Shown piece after piece: positions 36,822 through 49,300 of a stretch of DNA of 64,000 nt. Source of the DNA: Macrostomum lignano (taxonomy: Eukaryota); NCBI GenBank assembly GCA_002269645.1, contig NIVC01000239.1:126531-190530 (forward strand). The letters run 5' to 3'. The position numbers and the translations under genes were made by a program. Numbering within the stretch: the stretch's first letter is position 1; each line of letters opens with the position of its first letter. The notes under the pieces are model-generated. The model was given only the letters and a program-made list of their open reading frames with translations. It was not told the DNA's origin and searched no databases.

Positions 36822-37999
36822 TTTCACCTTGGGGTGAGAAAAGGGCGTTGCTTAGAATGTCTGCCCGGGGTTTTCTTTCCTTTAAGAAGAGACTCTTCCA
36901 CTGTGAGGGATTTGATTAGCGGATAGGTCTTGCAGCTTTCAGAGCGGCATATTTTCAAAGCCTAATGGAACATTTCAAGCTTCTCAATAACTGCGGTACG
37001 GCTGAACTTGCAAATGTGGTCTTTATTTATACTCAGACATGCTCCGGCATGCAAATCGAGAGGCTGTTCCTTTCTAGTCGACGGGCGAGCCATGAATTAT
37101 TCCTTGTTATATCCATGTCTGGTCATGTTAGACAGGCAAACCTTTAGCTCTATGTAATGACACACTACAGTCCAAAGGCTTCAGAAGACTGCCGCGTGTT
37201 CTCAGTCTCTTTGCAGCTGAGCAGCTCGATCGATAATTTTTCTGAACAGGCTTTTGCCTTGTACTGCAATTAGGCCCCAGAGAAAGTACATTTTGTAGAA
37301 ACCTTCTTTCAGCGCCTATAATTCTAAATTGAAATGGAAATATGCGTTCAAATTACCTTTTTGCAAATTTGGACTGCTTTTAAAAGCAACTATACTTTGC
37401 TTCTTTTTTTGATTCGATTCCCAGGCTATGAGAGATGGGATACTCTCTTGGTTCGTGTCCGGTTTCTCTTGCTGCTCTCCAGCCGAACTGCTGCTGTATG
37501 TTCTTTCGGTCCTCTCTCTTTTTTTATCGAATCGGATCGCAGTGTCCCCCGCCTGCTCTCCTCTCTCCTCTTGGATTGCTCCTTCTCTTTCTCAGCCTCA
37601 GCTGGCACCGTCACAGCTGATTTGCCCATACAGACTCAAGAATTGCTTACGTACTGATTCTAGAGTGGCCCATTGGCCAAAAAAGTTGAGCGTCCATCCC
37701 CTTCCCTGTTCACTTAACGGCTAATTCGATGGGGGACCTTGGCAGGCTTGCTCAATCAATGCTGGCATTGCCAAGGCCCGGTCTGCTCAAGCAATTGCCT
37801 TTCTTTTGTGTTCCCAATGCTCTTATCTAACCCACTCTGGCGCGCTGGTTTTGCTGCAGCGTTTCCCTATCGCTAAGATCTTATCTTTATAATAAACTAG
37901 GTCTGGCTGTCACGCAATTTTCTACCTATTTAGGCATATATAGCATTTCCTGGAGTCTATTTGAGTTCTCTTGCCCTCCCCAGACCATGTGGTAGCTAG

Positions 38000-38433
38000 T
38001 GTGGATGGCATCCCACCTACAGACTGTGCGGTAGTGTGGATGGCACCCCACCTACAGACTGTGCGGTAGTGTGGATGGCACCCCACCTACAGACTGTGCG
38101 GTTGTGTGGATGGCACCCCACCTACAGACTGTGTGGTTGTGTGGATGGCACCCCACCTACAGACTGTGCGGTTGTGTGGATGGCACCCCACCTACAGACT
38201 GTGCGGTTGTGTGGATGGCACCCCACCTACAGACTGTGCGGTTGTGTGGATGGCGCCCCACCTACAGACTGTGTGGTAGAGTGGATGGCGCCCCACCTAC
38301 AGACTGTGCGGTAGTGTGGATGGCACCCCACCTACAGACTGTGCGGTTGTGTGGATGGCACCCCACCTACAGACTGTGTGGTAGTGTGGATGGCACCCCA
38401 CCTACAGACTGTGCGGTAGTGTGGATGGCATCC
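38000..38433. repeat. 35-bp minisatellite GTGTGGATGGCACCCCACCTACAGACTGTGCGGTA between the divergent USP and TPR genes
   Basis: ~12 tandem copies. Confidence 0.95.
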
Positions 38434-38540
38434 CATTAGGCCATTAAATTTTTGCTACAAATAATTCCTGATTCTGAACCCAAAAAAGTAAAATCCCGTA
38501 ACTGTCCACATCCGCGCCATTTTCTTCCTGGCGCCGCCAG

Positions 38541-39640
38541 CAAACCAACTGAAGCGCGCAAAGAAGGCGCAACAGCGGCGCAACAGGCTGGCAAAGGACA
38601 AGCTGCCCGCGGCCAGTCCCGCCAAACTGCTGGACGACGCCGAAGCAGCCGCGGCAAACGGAGACCCCTCAACCGCCCTGGCCCTGACGGAGGCCGCCGT
38701 CCGCTCGCTGAAGCCGTCGAACCTCGCCGCCACCGATGTCAGCCTGCTGGAGCGGGCCGGCGTCCGCCTGCTGGAGCTCGGACAGCCGGACGGCGCGCTC
38801 GACTGCCTGCTTAGGTGCGCGGCCGCGGCTCCGGACACTGGGCACGCCAAGTTCTTCTACCTGGCCCAACTCAGCAGCGGAGAGGCGGCCCTTGTCTACC
38901 TGGACAGGGGCATCGAATTGTTGACTGCCGCATCGAATAGTTCCGCTACCGCCACTGCAGCCTCCGCATCCGCTTCATCATCAGTCAGTCAGGAATTGGC
39001 GTCGGCGTGGTGCGCTCGCTGCGAGCTGTTCATGACCGACCTGTGCGACCGGCCGGACGCGGAGGCGCAGTGCGAGGCGGCCCTGGCAGAGGCGCTGGCC
39101 CGCCGGCCGGACAGCGCCGAGGCTCTGCAGCAGCGGGCCGGCCTGCGGCTGGTGCAGCAGCGGCCCGAGGAGGCGCTGGCCGACCTGCGCCTCAGCCTGA
39201 ACCTCTGGCTGCCCCTGCGCCGCCAGGCCGCCGAGGCCGCCGAAGTCCACGACGACGAGAACGGCGCGGCCGTCGCGGACCCCGACGAGTGCGGCCTGAC
39301 TGCCGAGCAGCGGCTGCGCTGCGCAGAGATGCTGTTGGAACTCGGCGAGCTGGATACCTGCGTCGACGTCCTGGACTTGCTGATGGAGGAGGACGACGAG
39401 GTCGCCCAGGTGTGGCTGCTGTTCGGCTTAGCCTACAGTCGCCAAGGCAACGCATCTGCGGCCCGCTACCACCTGCAGAAAGCGCGCGCCCTGGTGGAGC
39501 CCGGCGACCCGGTGGCCGGCGAGATCGACCAGCTGTTGAGCGAGCTGCCGCCAGAGGGAGAGGACGATGCGAGCGGAGCCAAAGATGCTGGTGCAAATGA
39601 TGATGAAGAGCTGGACGAAGAGTTTGAGGAGGGAGAGTGA
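38541..39640 (+). CDS. TPR-repeat protein, ACL4-like (assembly chaperone of Rpl4); start unresolved
   Basis: Frame open from 38492 to 39640. Basic N-terminus LKRAKKAQQRRNR; LLELGQPDGALDCL, GHAKFFYLAQLSSGEAALVYLDRGIELL, AWCARCELFMTDLC, EALQQRAGLRLVQQR; acidic tail. Candidate acceptor at 38539-38540. Confidence 0.8.
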
Positions 39641-39784
39641 AGCTTGGCATCGTACTGTAATGAAATTTTACTTGTCAGTTGCGTCTTATTCTACTCGTTA
39701 GTAGGCAGTTGACTGCTACAAAGATGCATTTTTAAGTTGAATGTTCCCGGTTGAAAAAAATACTGGATTAGCCCATTGAAATTG

Positions 39785-40955
39785 GCCCGCTCATCGGCCA
39801 CTTCGTGTCAGAAAAGCCCGCTCTAAAAGCCCGCTCATTTTTCCAAATCAACGAGTCTCTCAAATCGGCCCGTTCCACGGCCCGCTTCTGGGCCCGCTGG
39901 CTGGCCCGCTGGTTGGCCCGTTCTAAACCGGCCCGCTGGCTGGCCCGTTGTTTGGCCCGGTGGCTGGCCCGTTGGTTGGCCCGCTCACTGGCCCACTCAT
40001 TGACCCGTTCTAAACCGGCCTACTGGCTGGCCCGCTGATTGGCCCCCTCATTGGCCCGTTCTAAACCGGCCCGCTGGTTGGCCCGTTGGTTGGCCCGCTG
40101 ATTGGCCCGTTCTTAACCGGCCCGCTGGTTGGCCCGTTGGTTGGCCCGCTCATTGGCCCACTCATTGACCCGTTGTAAACCGGCCTGCTGGCTGGCCCGC
40201 TCATTGGCCCGTTCTAAACCGGCCTACTGGCTGGCCCGCTGATTGGCCCCCTCATTGGCCCGTTCTAAACCGGCCCGCTGGTTGGCCCGTTGGTTGGCCC
40301 GCTGATTGGCCCGTTCTTAACCGGCCCGCTGGTTGGCCCGTTGGTTGGCCCGCTCATTGGCCCACTCATTGACCCGTTGTAAACAGGCCTGCTGGCTGGC
40401 CCGCTCATTGGCCCGTTCTAAACCAGCCCGCTCATTGGCCCGTTCTAAACCGGCCCGCTCATTGGCCCGTTCTGAACCGGCCCGCTGGCTGGCCAGTTGG
40501 TTGGCCCGCTGGTTGGCCCGTTCTAAACCGGCCCGCTGGTTGGCCCGTTGGTTGGCCCGCTGGCTGGCCCGCTCACTGGCCCGTTCTAAACCGGCCCGCT
40601 GGCTGGCCCGTTGTTTGGCCCGGTGGCTGGCCCGTTGGTTGGCCCGCTCACTGGCCCACTCATTGACCCGTTCTAAACCGGCCTGCTGGCTGGCCCGCTC
40701 ATTGGCCCGTTCTAAACCAGCCCGCTGGCTGGCCCGTTGGTTGGCCCGCTGGTTGGCCCGTTCTAAACCGGCCCGCTGGTTGGCCCGCTGATTAGCCCGC
40801 TGGTTGGCCCGCTCACTGGCCCACTCATTGACCCGTTGTAAACCGGCCTGCTGGCTGGCCCGCTCATTGGCCCGTTCTAAACCGGCCCGCTGGCTGTCCT
40901 GTTGGTTGGCCCGCTGGTTGGCCCGTTCTAAACCGGCCCTCTGGTTGGCCCGCTG
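39785..40955. repeat. Left subterminal array of TGGCCCG units punctuated by TTCTAAACC
   Basis: Higher-order repeat built from GGCCCG. Confidence 0.93.
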
Positions 40956-41285
40956 AACGAACAAAAAAAATAAGTAAAGAAGCAAAATAAGCATGAGATT
41001 TCTAAGTCAGACCGATGAGCCGTACAATTAGCTTTTTTATAAAAACCGGGAATATACTTCATCGGATCTGGTAAAAACAAAGAGATGTTAAGGTTAAAAT
41101 TGAATACTAGTATTTTTTCATGGTGGCACGAATAGCTAAAAGAGCTAATATAGCTAATAGAGCTATCTGAGCTAAAAGAGCTAATATATAAAAGAGCAAC
41201 CCTAGCCTCAGAGTCTATTCTCAACCCAAAGTAATGTTTGTCAGCATAGTGAAAAATTGTCACCACAATCGAGGCCTAGTCTCTA

Positions 41286-43013
41286 CTACTCGCTTTCCTC
41301 TTCATTTTCTGCGCAGGCGCCACTTTTCGCAGACGAACTCTCCCGATCCCGTACGGTCCTGACTGTAGGGCGGAAGACCTCGCCGAGTTCGGCGTCTGTG
41401 AATAGTTTTTTGTCCTCCTCTGAGACCAGTTTACTGGCCAGGTAGGACCGTATGGCCGCCTTCTTGGAGCTATCCAGCTCAACCCGGTTGGCCGCTTTCT
41501 CTCCTTTCACCTGTCGACCAGCCCAAGATGCGGTTCGCAGGTCTTGCTCAGGGCACACAGCAAGTATGACTAGCCGAATGGCTCGTCTGCGAATCTTGTT
41601 ATTGTTTGCGGCTTTTCGCATTTCAACTGCTGCGGCTTCCAATTTTGTCAGGGCCAACGGACAAACCGTGACACCGGGAAATGCAGCTATCAGCGGCACA
41701 CGTTTCGACGACTGGTTGCCCATCATGGAGGTCGATATATTTGCGATTGCCGTCGCAATGGCGTGGCTCACAAATCCACTGGTAAGCTGCGATGACGTCG
41801 AGCCACTTGGCTCGGCATCGATGCCGATATCGGCAGCAGCTGATGACGACTCTCCGGGTGCAGTACTCGAACCAGCGACCAACGTTTCGTAGTCACTAAT
41901 AGAGCGCACCAGACTTTCGAGGTGGCTGCATGATTCTGTAGTTCTACGTGCCACCTCGTTGGCCGACCGCGCCTGCGCCGTGACGAACCGTAGCGTCTCA
42001 AGTATCTGAGAATTCGCATGCATGGAACTTGCAAGACGGGTGTCATACTTTTGCAGCACGTCATCTTTCTGTGCCAGTTCCTGTTTCAGCTGCTCATTCT
42101 CAGACCGAATGGCCTCATTCTCAATCTTCAGGTTGGCTGCATCAGTTTCAGCAGCCCCCCGCTTGTCCGTCTCTTCTCGATTTGCCTCACGTAGGTCACG
42201 ACATTCGATGTCGAGGTTCCGGCAGCGCGGGCATCCGGCATCAGGGTGATTTATAACGGGTTGCACGCGCCTATAGGCGCCTGCAGAGCCCGACCCCATT
42301 AAAGTTGCCGATTTGGCCAGGTTGTCCCGGGCAGCGTAGGCGGACTTCCTATCCGGAAAAGGCCCGGCTGTCAGGAAAGCGTCGAAAGTTTTTGCACTCG
42401 GGCTATGGCCAGTCCGTACTTGTACTTTAACGCCGACTGTTCGTGTTACGGGGTCCGGGTCGACGATGCACTTTTGGTCGATGGCCATAACTTTGCCGGT
42501 GTTAGTGTACGTGAGCACCCACCAAATAGCTTTGTGGATGACCATGACACGGGGCGCCTTAGCCTTTGGTGGTCCACCGGCCCTATTGCGATGCCGCATC
42601 TCCTTTCTCGACTCTAGATCTGGCTCGCTCGATGAGTCAGATAGAGATTCGCGATGCCGATGCCTATCGGCATTGGCTTCGGCTTTCCGTTTTGTAGTAG
42701 AGCCGGTCGGCTCCGCGGACACGGCCGTGCTCATATCGGAGCCGATTAGCGCCGTTGAAGTGGCGTCGTGGGCTTTAGGGAGCGTCCTCACAATCGTCGC
42801 ACTGCTCGATGGCGTCCAACGCCATTGGAGCGCCACTCCAATAGTCGTCATCTGGAGCTTCTTCGCCTGGTTCCTCAACGATAGATCTAGAAGATACGTC
42901 CTCATCGTCGTTGTCTGAATACTGCGAGCCGGTAGGCTCGACGACCATGGGAGTCTGGACGCCACTGCTACATCCACCTGTTGCCAATGCTGGCTGCCAG
43001 CTGCTGCCAACAC
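41286..43013 (-). CDS. Coiled-coil + C-terminal BEN-domain-like protein inside the transposon (ATG candidates 42905 or 42734)
   Basis: 1.7-kb open frame. Beta-rich module WWVLTYTNTGKVMAIDQKCIVDPD, CxxC, coiled coil, then LVILAVCPEQDLRTASWAG...VELDSSKKAAIRSYLASK (BEN-like pattern judged by eye). Confidence 0.72.
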   Translation of the reverse strand: MLAAAGSQHWQQVDVAVASRLPWSSSLPARSIQTTTMRTYLLDLSLRNQAKKLQMTTIGVALQWRWTPSSSATIVRTLPKAHDATSTALIGSDMSTAVSAEPTGSTTKRKAEANADRHRHRESLSDSSSEPDLESRKEMRHRNRAGGPPKAKAPRVMVIHKAIWWVLTYTNTGKVMAIDQKCIVDPDPVTRTVGVKVQVRTGHSPSAKTFDAFLTAGPFPDRKSAYAARDNLAKSATLMGSGSAGAYRRVQPVINHPDAGCPRCRNLDIECRDLREANREETDKRGAAETDAANLKIENEAIRSENEQLKQELAQKDDVLQKYDTRLASSMHANSQILETLRFVTAQARSANEVARRTTESCSHLESLVRSISDYETLVAGSSTAPGESSSAAADIGIDAEPSGSTSSQLTSGFVSHAIATAIANISTSMMGNQSSKRVPLIAAFPGVTVCPLALTKLEAAAVEMRKAANNNKIRRRAIRLVILAVCPEQDLRTASWAGRQVKGEKAANRVELDSSKKAAIRSYLASKLVSEEDKKLFTDAELGEVFRPTVRTVRDRESSSAKSGACAENEEESE

Positions 43014-43627
43014 TGGCTACACTGTTGCTTGTTTGCGCGTCATGAGTGGTTGGTACGTCATGAGTGGTCCGAGTTGCAGTTAGTAAATGGCTCACTGAAG
43101 CTTCTGCTCGTGTCGGACGGGCTGTCGCCGCAACTGTCTGTCTGAGTGATTCTTTGAGTCGACTGAAGCGCCGTGCGATGGCAACTGACTTCTTGTCGAG
43201 CTCTTTTAGTCGTTCAAGTGACTGAAAATGAAGAAATTGAATACCTGTGTGACTAGGAGAGAATCCGTACTAAAATTGTTAATTAACAAATACCATCATT
43301 CTACTATCAGTTTGAATCAGTTTGCTATCTTAGCCCAAGAGCCAACAAAGGGCGAAGCAATGGTTTCACACTAAACTGGGTGATATCTGAAGTACATACG
43401 TCACAACGTAGCGCGATATACAAATTGCTGTGGGCGTATAAGGCGATAAAAATAAATAAAATTGACACACTCATTGTACATGTCATCATGAAATTTGTGT
43501 ATGCACAGTTTATTGGACAGCATTAGTGCTCTACAAATCAAATAATTGCCCGAGCGCCAAGACACCGCAAAAGTTTACACGTACAAGTTTATACACCATT
43601 TGATAAGATTATCACGTTCACAACAAG

Positions 43628-44390
43628 TCAGCGGGCCGGTTTAGAACGGGTCAGTGAGCGGGCCAACCAGCGGGCCGTGCAGCGGGCCGGTTTAGAACGG
43701 ACCATTGAGCGGGCCAACCAGCGGGCCGGTTTAGAACGGGCCAACCAGCGGGCCAACCAGCGGGCCAACCAGCGGGCCGGTTTAGAACGGGCCAACCAGC
43801 GGGCCAACCAGCGGGCCAACTAGTGGGCCGAGCAGCGGGCCGGTTTAGATCGGGCCAGTGAGCGGGCCAACCAGCGGGCCGTGCAGCGGGCCGGTTTAGA
43901 ACGGACCATTGAGCGGGCCAACCAGCGGGCCAACCAGCGGGCCGGTTTAGAACGGGCCAACCAGCGGGCCAGTGAGCGGGCCAACTAGTGGGCCGAGCAG
44001 CTGGCCGGTTTAGAACGGACCATTGAGCGGGCCAACCAGCGGGCCAACCAGCGGGCCGGTTTAGAACGGGCCAACCAGCGGGCCAGTGAGCGGGCCAACT
44101 AGTGGGCCGAGCAGCTGGCCGGTTTAGAACGGGCCATTGAGCGGGCCAACCAGCGGGCCAACCAGTGGGCCGCGCAGCGGGCCGGTTTAGAACGGGCCAG
44201 TGAGCGGGCCAACCAGCGGGCTAATCAGCGGGCCGATCTGCGGATCGGTTTCGAGCGGGCCATTAGCGGGCTAATCAGCGGGCTTCAGAGCAGGCCGGGT
44301 TTCAGCGGGCCAATTTGTTGTAAAAGGCCTGTAATACGGGCCGATTCGCTTCGGCCCGCTAATGGCCCGCTCAAAAGCCCACTGAGGCCC
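43628..44390. repeat. Right subterminal array of CGGGCCA units (inverse of the left array)
   Basis: GCGGGCCGGTTTAGAACGGGCCA is the reverse complement of the left units. Confidence 0.93.
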
Positions 44391-44640
44391 GCTAAGTTTT
44401 TCAACCGGGGTTAACTCTTGTCTTGCATGTTGTCTTTTGTTTCGCCTGAATTGATCATGCTGCAGATCGATTTTCTTGCTGTCTGTCTTGCTGCTTCCAG
44501 AGAGATCAAAGCAATTTTGGCTAAATAAAATGAAAGTGTTATTTATAGCCAGTAGTAATTGTGCTCGCGAGGCGGCAGTCTGATGCCTCTGGATAAATGC
44601 TGAGTGCTGACGGTCTTAAATGATTTGTCTATCAATTAAT

Positions 44641-45844
44641 CGAAGGCTTTCCCAAAAGCAGTTATACTTTTCCACTATATCGCTTGTTCTGCTGATCCAA
44701 ATAACATCATTTTGCACAGATTTATAGCGGCAACTCTCTTCCACAAGTTCCACAAGTCATCCCCACGATCAGCAGCCCTGATGATACGGTCTCTTGCTTA
44801 AACAATAGCGCACTGCCGAGGCTGCTGTTCCATGATATCTTCATCGAATTCTGCTTCAAATTCATCGATTCCATCTTCTTCCAGCAATTCATCGTCTTCT
44901 TCAATCTGATCTTCAGTATTCATATCGTTTCTTGTTGCGTAACGATTGTGCAGTAATGCAGTACACGAAAAACAAAATAGTTAGATTATTAATGTACTAA
45001 AAATGTCTGTCGAAATAGAATGACTGTTTTTTTTATTTCAAATCTACGCATGCGCGTCACTCGGGGACAATTTTGGCCACAGACAGTCTGAATTGAAGTT
45101 CTTCTGTTTCAATAGAAAGGGACTTTGTTTGAAATATTCTGTTGCTTTAAAAGCTATATGCTTCTCCAAGTTTTCCCATAGATATCTCTGTCACAGCAGC
45201 TTAAAAAAGGAGTCTGAGTGCATTCAATCAAAATTACTTTCGCTACTTTCTGCTAGCTTGTCGAATTACTGTAAGTCTATGGTCGAGGTCCTGCTACATT
45301 TTAGTTTTTACCTTTTGTTTCCATTGTCTTGATACATTATTTTACCTCCTATTTTGAACAGTCTTGTTCAAAAGAAACAAGCAGAACTTCAATTCAAACA
45401 CTTTAAGAAATAACAGCCCTTGCGGAAATTCAATTCAAACGGGGCTTCAGCTTGATTGCTTTTTGTTCCCTAGCTCCTTCTGCTGCACTAAAAGTCAGGG
45501 ATGTGCATTGAAGTGTTGCTCAGAGGAGTGTGTTATACACCCTTTGGGGAACGGGGCACAGTTGAGCCGAGATTAATGCTCAACTTTCATCGGCTCATGG
45601 GTCTACCGCAGTCATTTTGCAGCATTCACTGCAGCCAGTTACCCGCTTGTGAGCTACAAGTCTATTGTCGAGGTCCTGCTACATTTTAGTTTATAACTTT
45701 TGTTTCCATTGTCTGTTTTTAACGATGTTAAAGATAATTATAAAGAAGAGAGTTGCCGCTATAAATCTGTGCAAAATGGTGTTATTTGGATCAGCAGAAC
45801 AAGAAATATAGTGAAAAGTATAACTACTTTTGGGACAGCCCTCG
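44641..45844. mobile_element. Foldback-like element with ~100-bp inverted arms; possible Harbinger transposase C-terminal remnant
   Basis: 44641-44740 is inverted relative to 45746-45844. Minus-strand SCTALLHNRY + acidic run + ARDRII at ~44760-44967. ~60-bp direct repeat at ~45272 and ~45657. Confidence 0.55.
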
Positions 45845-46366
45845 TATTTAGCATAATGAGTCGATAAACAAAGACTTGCAAATTAAAATATTTAAACAAC
45901 GTCGGCTGTTAAAACAGATCGTGAAAAAGTTCGATGAGCGACAAATCAAATGTTTATTTTTACTCATTTTCATGCAAGTAAATTTTGATGAGAAAATAGT
46001 AGCCGCAACTTCGGATTATTAGTTTCCATAACAACAATTAATGCGACAAAATGCAGCAACCAATGGTTTGTCTTATTTAAGAGAAAAAAATAAGTCTTCG
46101 GAGTTATATTCGAACTTGGACACAAATAGAAATTAACAGACAGACAGCCGGGTCAACAAGCAAAATGCAGCTCAACACACGGGCATTCGAGTTGGCAATG
46201 ACGCTGCGGTAGAATGAGAACGATTAATATGCGATAAATAAGGAACTTGAAGCGAGTTTTTTACTTTTAATTTATGTGACATTGTGGTACGCGAATAGTA
46301 CTGATAATAAAAATAATTAGCGGAAAGCCAGCCTCGAACACAGTATTCGGAAAGCTTCTCATCTAT

Positions 46367-49300
46367 CTAGGCGAGCTGCACATTATTGGCGGACAGGTAC
46401 TGCTGCAGGTACTGCTGCGCCTGCGGGTCCGCCTGGCGAATCAGCGGCTGCAGCTGGCCGGGGGCGCGCATGCTGAGATCTCGCAGGCCTCTGGCCAGCC
46501 CGGACTTGGCGTCGGTGCCTCCGGCGGCTCCTCCAGAGATCAGCGACAAGTCGACGGTGGCCGGCTTGCCGGCGAACACCAGCTGGTTGTAGCTGGCCGC
46601 GCCGCTGCCGATGCCGCCGGCGTGGTCACCGGCTGGGCCGTCCGAGGCGAACGCGCCGGCCAGCTGATCCTCTTCGCCAACCTCCGCCTGCGGCAGTTCA
46701 ATGAGGGCCACCAGAGCGGTCAGCAGCTTGGGCCACTGGGCCGCGTAAGTGCTGAGCATGGCTGCAGGATTCCAAGGGATTATTGGTAAGGTTGGATGCG
46801 ATTGCGGAGGCGCGGATATGGTGATGGGATCATACACAAATCGGATGGGATCATACGCAAATCGGATGGGATCATACACAAATCGGATGGGATCATAAAG
46901 AAACCGATCGAATGGAATCATATAAGAATCAGATGGGATCATACGCACGTATAGATCAGATGGGATAATCTAGAAATCGGATGGGATAATTCAGAAATCG
47001 GATGGGATCATTTAGAAATTGGATGGGATAATCTAGAAATCGGATGGGATAAGTCTGAAATCGGATGGGATAATCTAGAAATCGGATGGGATAAGTCAGA
47101 AATCGGATGGGATCATATAGAAATCGGATGGGATAATCTAGAAATCGGATGGGATAATCTAGAAATCGGATGGGATAATCTAGAAATCGGATGGGATAAG
47201 TCAGAAATCGGATGGGATCATATAGAAATCGGATGGGATAATCTAGAAATCGGATGGGATAATCTAGAAATCGGATGGGATAATCTAGAAATCAGATAAG
47301 ATAATTCAGAAATCGGATGGGATAATCTAGAAATCGGATGGGATCAAATCACCACCTGGACATTCCGTGAGCACGCGGCTAAAGCCGAGGCTGCAGACAC
47401 GCCTGTCGGCACCGGCGTCAACCTTCTGCATGTCGGCCAGCACGAGGCTCTCCACCACCATGGCGAACATGCCGGCCTGGACGCCGTCCACAGCAGCAAC
47501 CAGCCGGTCGGCGCCCTTAGCCAGAGCATAGGCCGCCAAAAACACCAGCAGCTGTTTCACGTATTTAACAGTCCTGGTGCGCATCAGGCGCTGAAACACC
47601 AGCATCAGCACCGGCCTGGTGTACTTCTCCATCAGAGCGTCTGGCAGGCTGACAACCAGCTGGCACAGCAGGGCGAACGCGTGATGATCATGCGCCTTGG
47701 ACTCCAGCAGCTTCTGGAACACGCCAAGCACGGAGCTGACCCGGGCCTCTGTGAGGCTCTGCCCGGCCGAGCGGACAAAGGCGCGCAGCAGGCGAGCTAA
47801 GGCGGGCACGTTGGCCGGCGACTCCCACAGCACCGGGGCCAGCAGGAAGGGGAACAGGGCCCAGTAGGGCTCGCTCGGCCCGTCCCGATGCTGCTCTAGC
47901 AACACGGCGAGCACCTGCAGCAAGGGAGTTATTGAGTGAATCGCCATTCCCTACCCTCTCTCTCTTCCCCACCCTCTCCCTCTCTTTCTTCCCCACCCTC
48001 TCCCTCTCTCTCTTCCCCACCCTCTCCCTCTCCCTCTTCCCCACCCTCTCCCTCTCTCTCTTCCCCACCCTCTCCCTCTCTCTCTTCCCCACCCTCTGCC
48101 TCTCTCTCTTCCCCACCCTCAACCTCTCTCTCTTCCCCACCCTCTCCCTCTCTCTCTTCCCCACCCTCTCCCTCTCTCTCTTCCCCACCCTCTCCCTCTC
48201 TCTCTTCCCCACCCTCTCCCTCTCTCTCTCTTCCCCACCCTCTCCCTCTCTCTCTCTTCCCCACCCTCTCCCTCTCTCTCTTCCCCACCCTCTCCCTCTC
48301 TCTTCCCCACCCTCTCCCTCTCTCTCTTCCCCACCCTCTCCCTCTCTCTCTTCCCCACCCTCTCCCTCTCTCTCTTCCCCACCCTCTCCCTCTCTCTCTT
48401 CCCCACCCTCTCCCTCTCTCTCTTCCCCACCCTCTCCCTCTCTCTCTTCCCCACCCTCCCCTCTCTCTCTTCCCCACCCTCTCTCTCTCTCTCTTCCCCA
48501 CCCTCTCCCTCTCTCTCTTCCCCACCCTCTCTCTCTTCCCCACCCTCTCCCTCTCTCTTCCCCACCCTCTCCCTCATTCTCTTCCCCACCCTCTCCCTCT
48601 CTCTCTTCCCCACCCTCTCCCTCTCTCTCTCTTCCCCACCCTCTCCCTCTCTCTCTTCCCCACCCTCTTCCTCTTCCTCTTCCCCTACTTCCCCTCCATC
48701 TTTCCCAGCTTCTCCCTTCTACAAGTTCAAATCTCACCTGAAAAGTGTAGGGCAAAAAGTCGGTAACATCCCGCTGTAGAATATCCTGAAACAGCGGGAA
48801 TAGCGCGGCCTCGAACTGGGCAGCCGAACTCGAATCCGCCTGACAAGCCGTGGTGACGCACAGACACAGCGACTCGAATAGATAGTGATTGAACAGCGGC
48901 TTTGATGGATTCTGCAGTGACGGTGGTTGGCGGAGTGCATAGTACAGATTTCGCCTTTCGCCCAAGGCAATTTAAGAATGCCAGAAAAGAAAACAAGATT
49001 CCCTAAGAGAAAAAAGATGCGGATGAAAGAGATTGAAACCGCAAAAAATGAAAAGTGATTTTATGGACTGGCACACCGCAATTATGCATTAGGCTCGGCA
49101 GCTGGCTGACATGCAGCTTCGGGGACCCCGGGGCAAATAGGCGCGCGTCAGGGACTGTCCCAGCCTCCCTGCCTTCGACCCCATCTTTTTTTTGAAAAAT
49201 TCTAATCGGCGAATTTTCAGGCGCCACCTGCCGTTGTATGTCAAGGTCGCATCATATAAGGCATCATTTAGCTAGGCTGGGCCAGTGGGCACAGCCTGCT

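Larger units (their letters stand above)
39746..44409 (-). mobile_element. Non-autonomous CACTA/EnSpm-like element (CCC-type termini) with a BEN-domain-like cargo gene
   Basis: 13-bp TIR CCCGGTTGAAAAA (39746-39758 / 44397-44409); 3-bp TSD GTT (39743-39745, 44410-44412); subterminal GGCCCG arrays in opposite orientation at the two ends. Confidence 0.85.

Noticed and set aside
37426-37629. 67-aa charged ORF as USP first coding exon
   Set aside because: No phase-compatible donor; the 36821-36740 exon fits better, so this is more likely UTR or a uORF
39007-39650. Alternative-frame and antisense ORFs over GC-rich exons (also over PGD, DESI, BEN and CSE1L exons)
   Set aside because: Shadows of GC3-rich coding sequence with no domain signal
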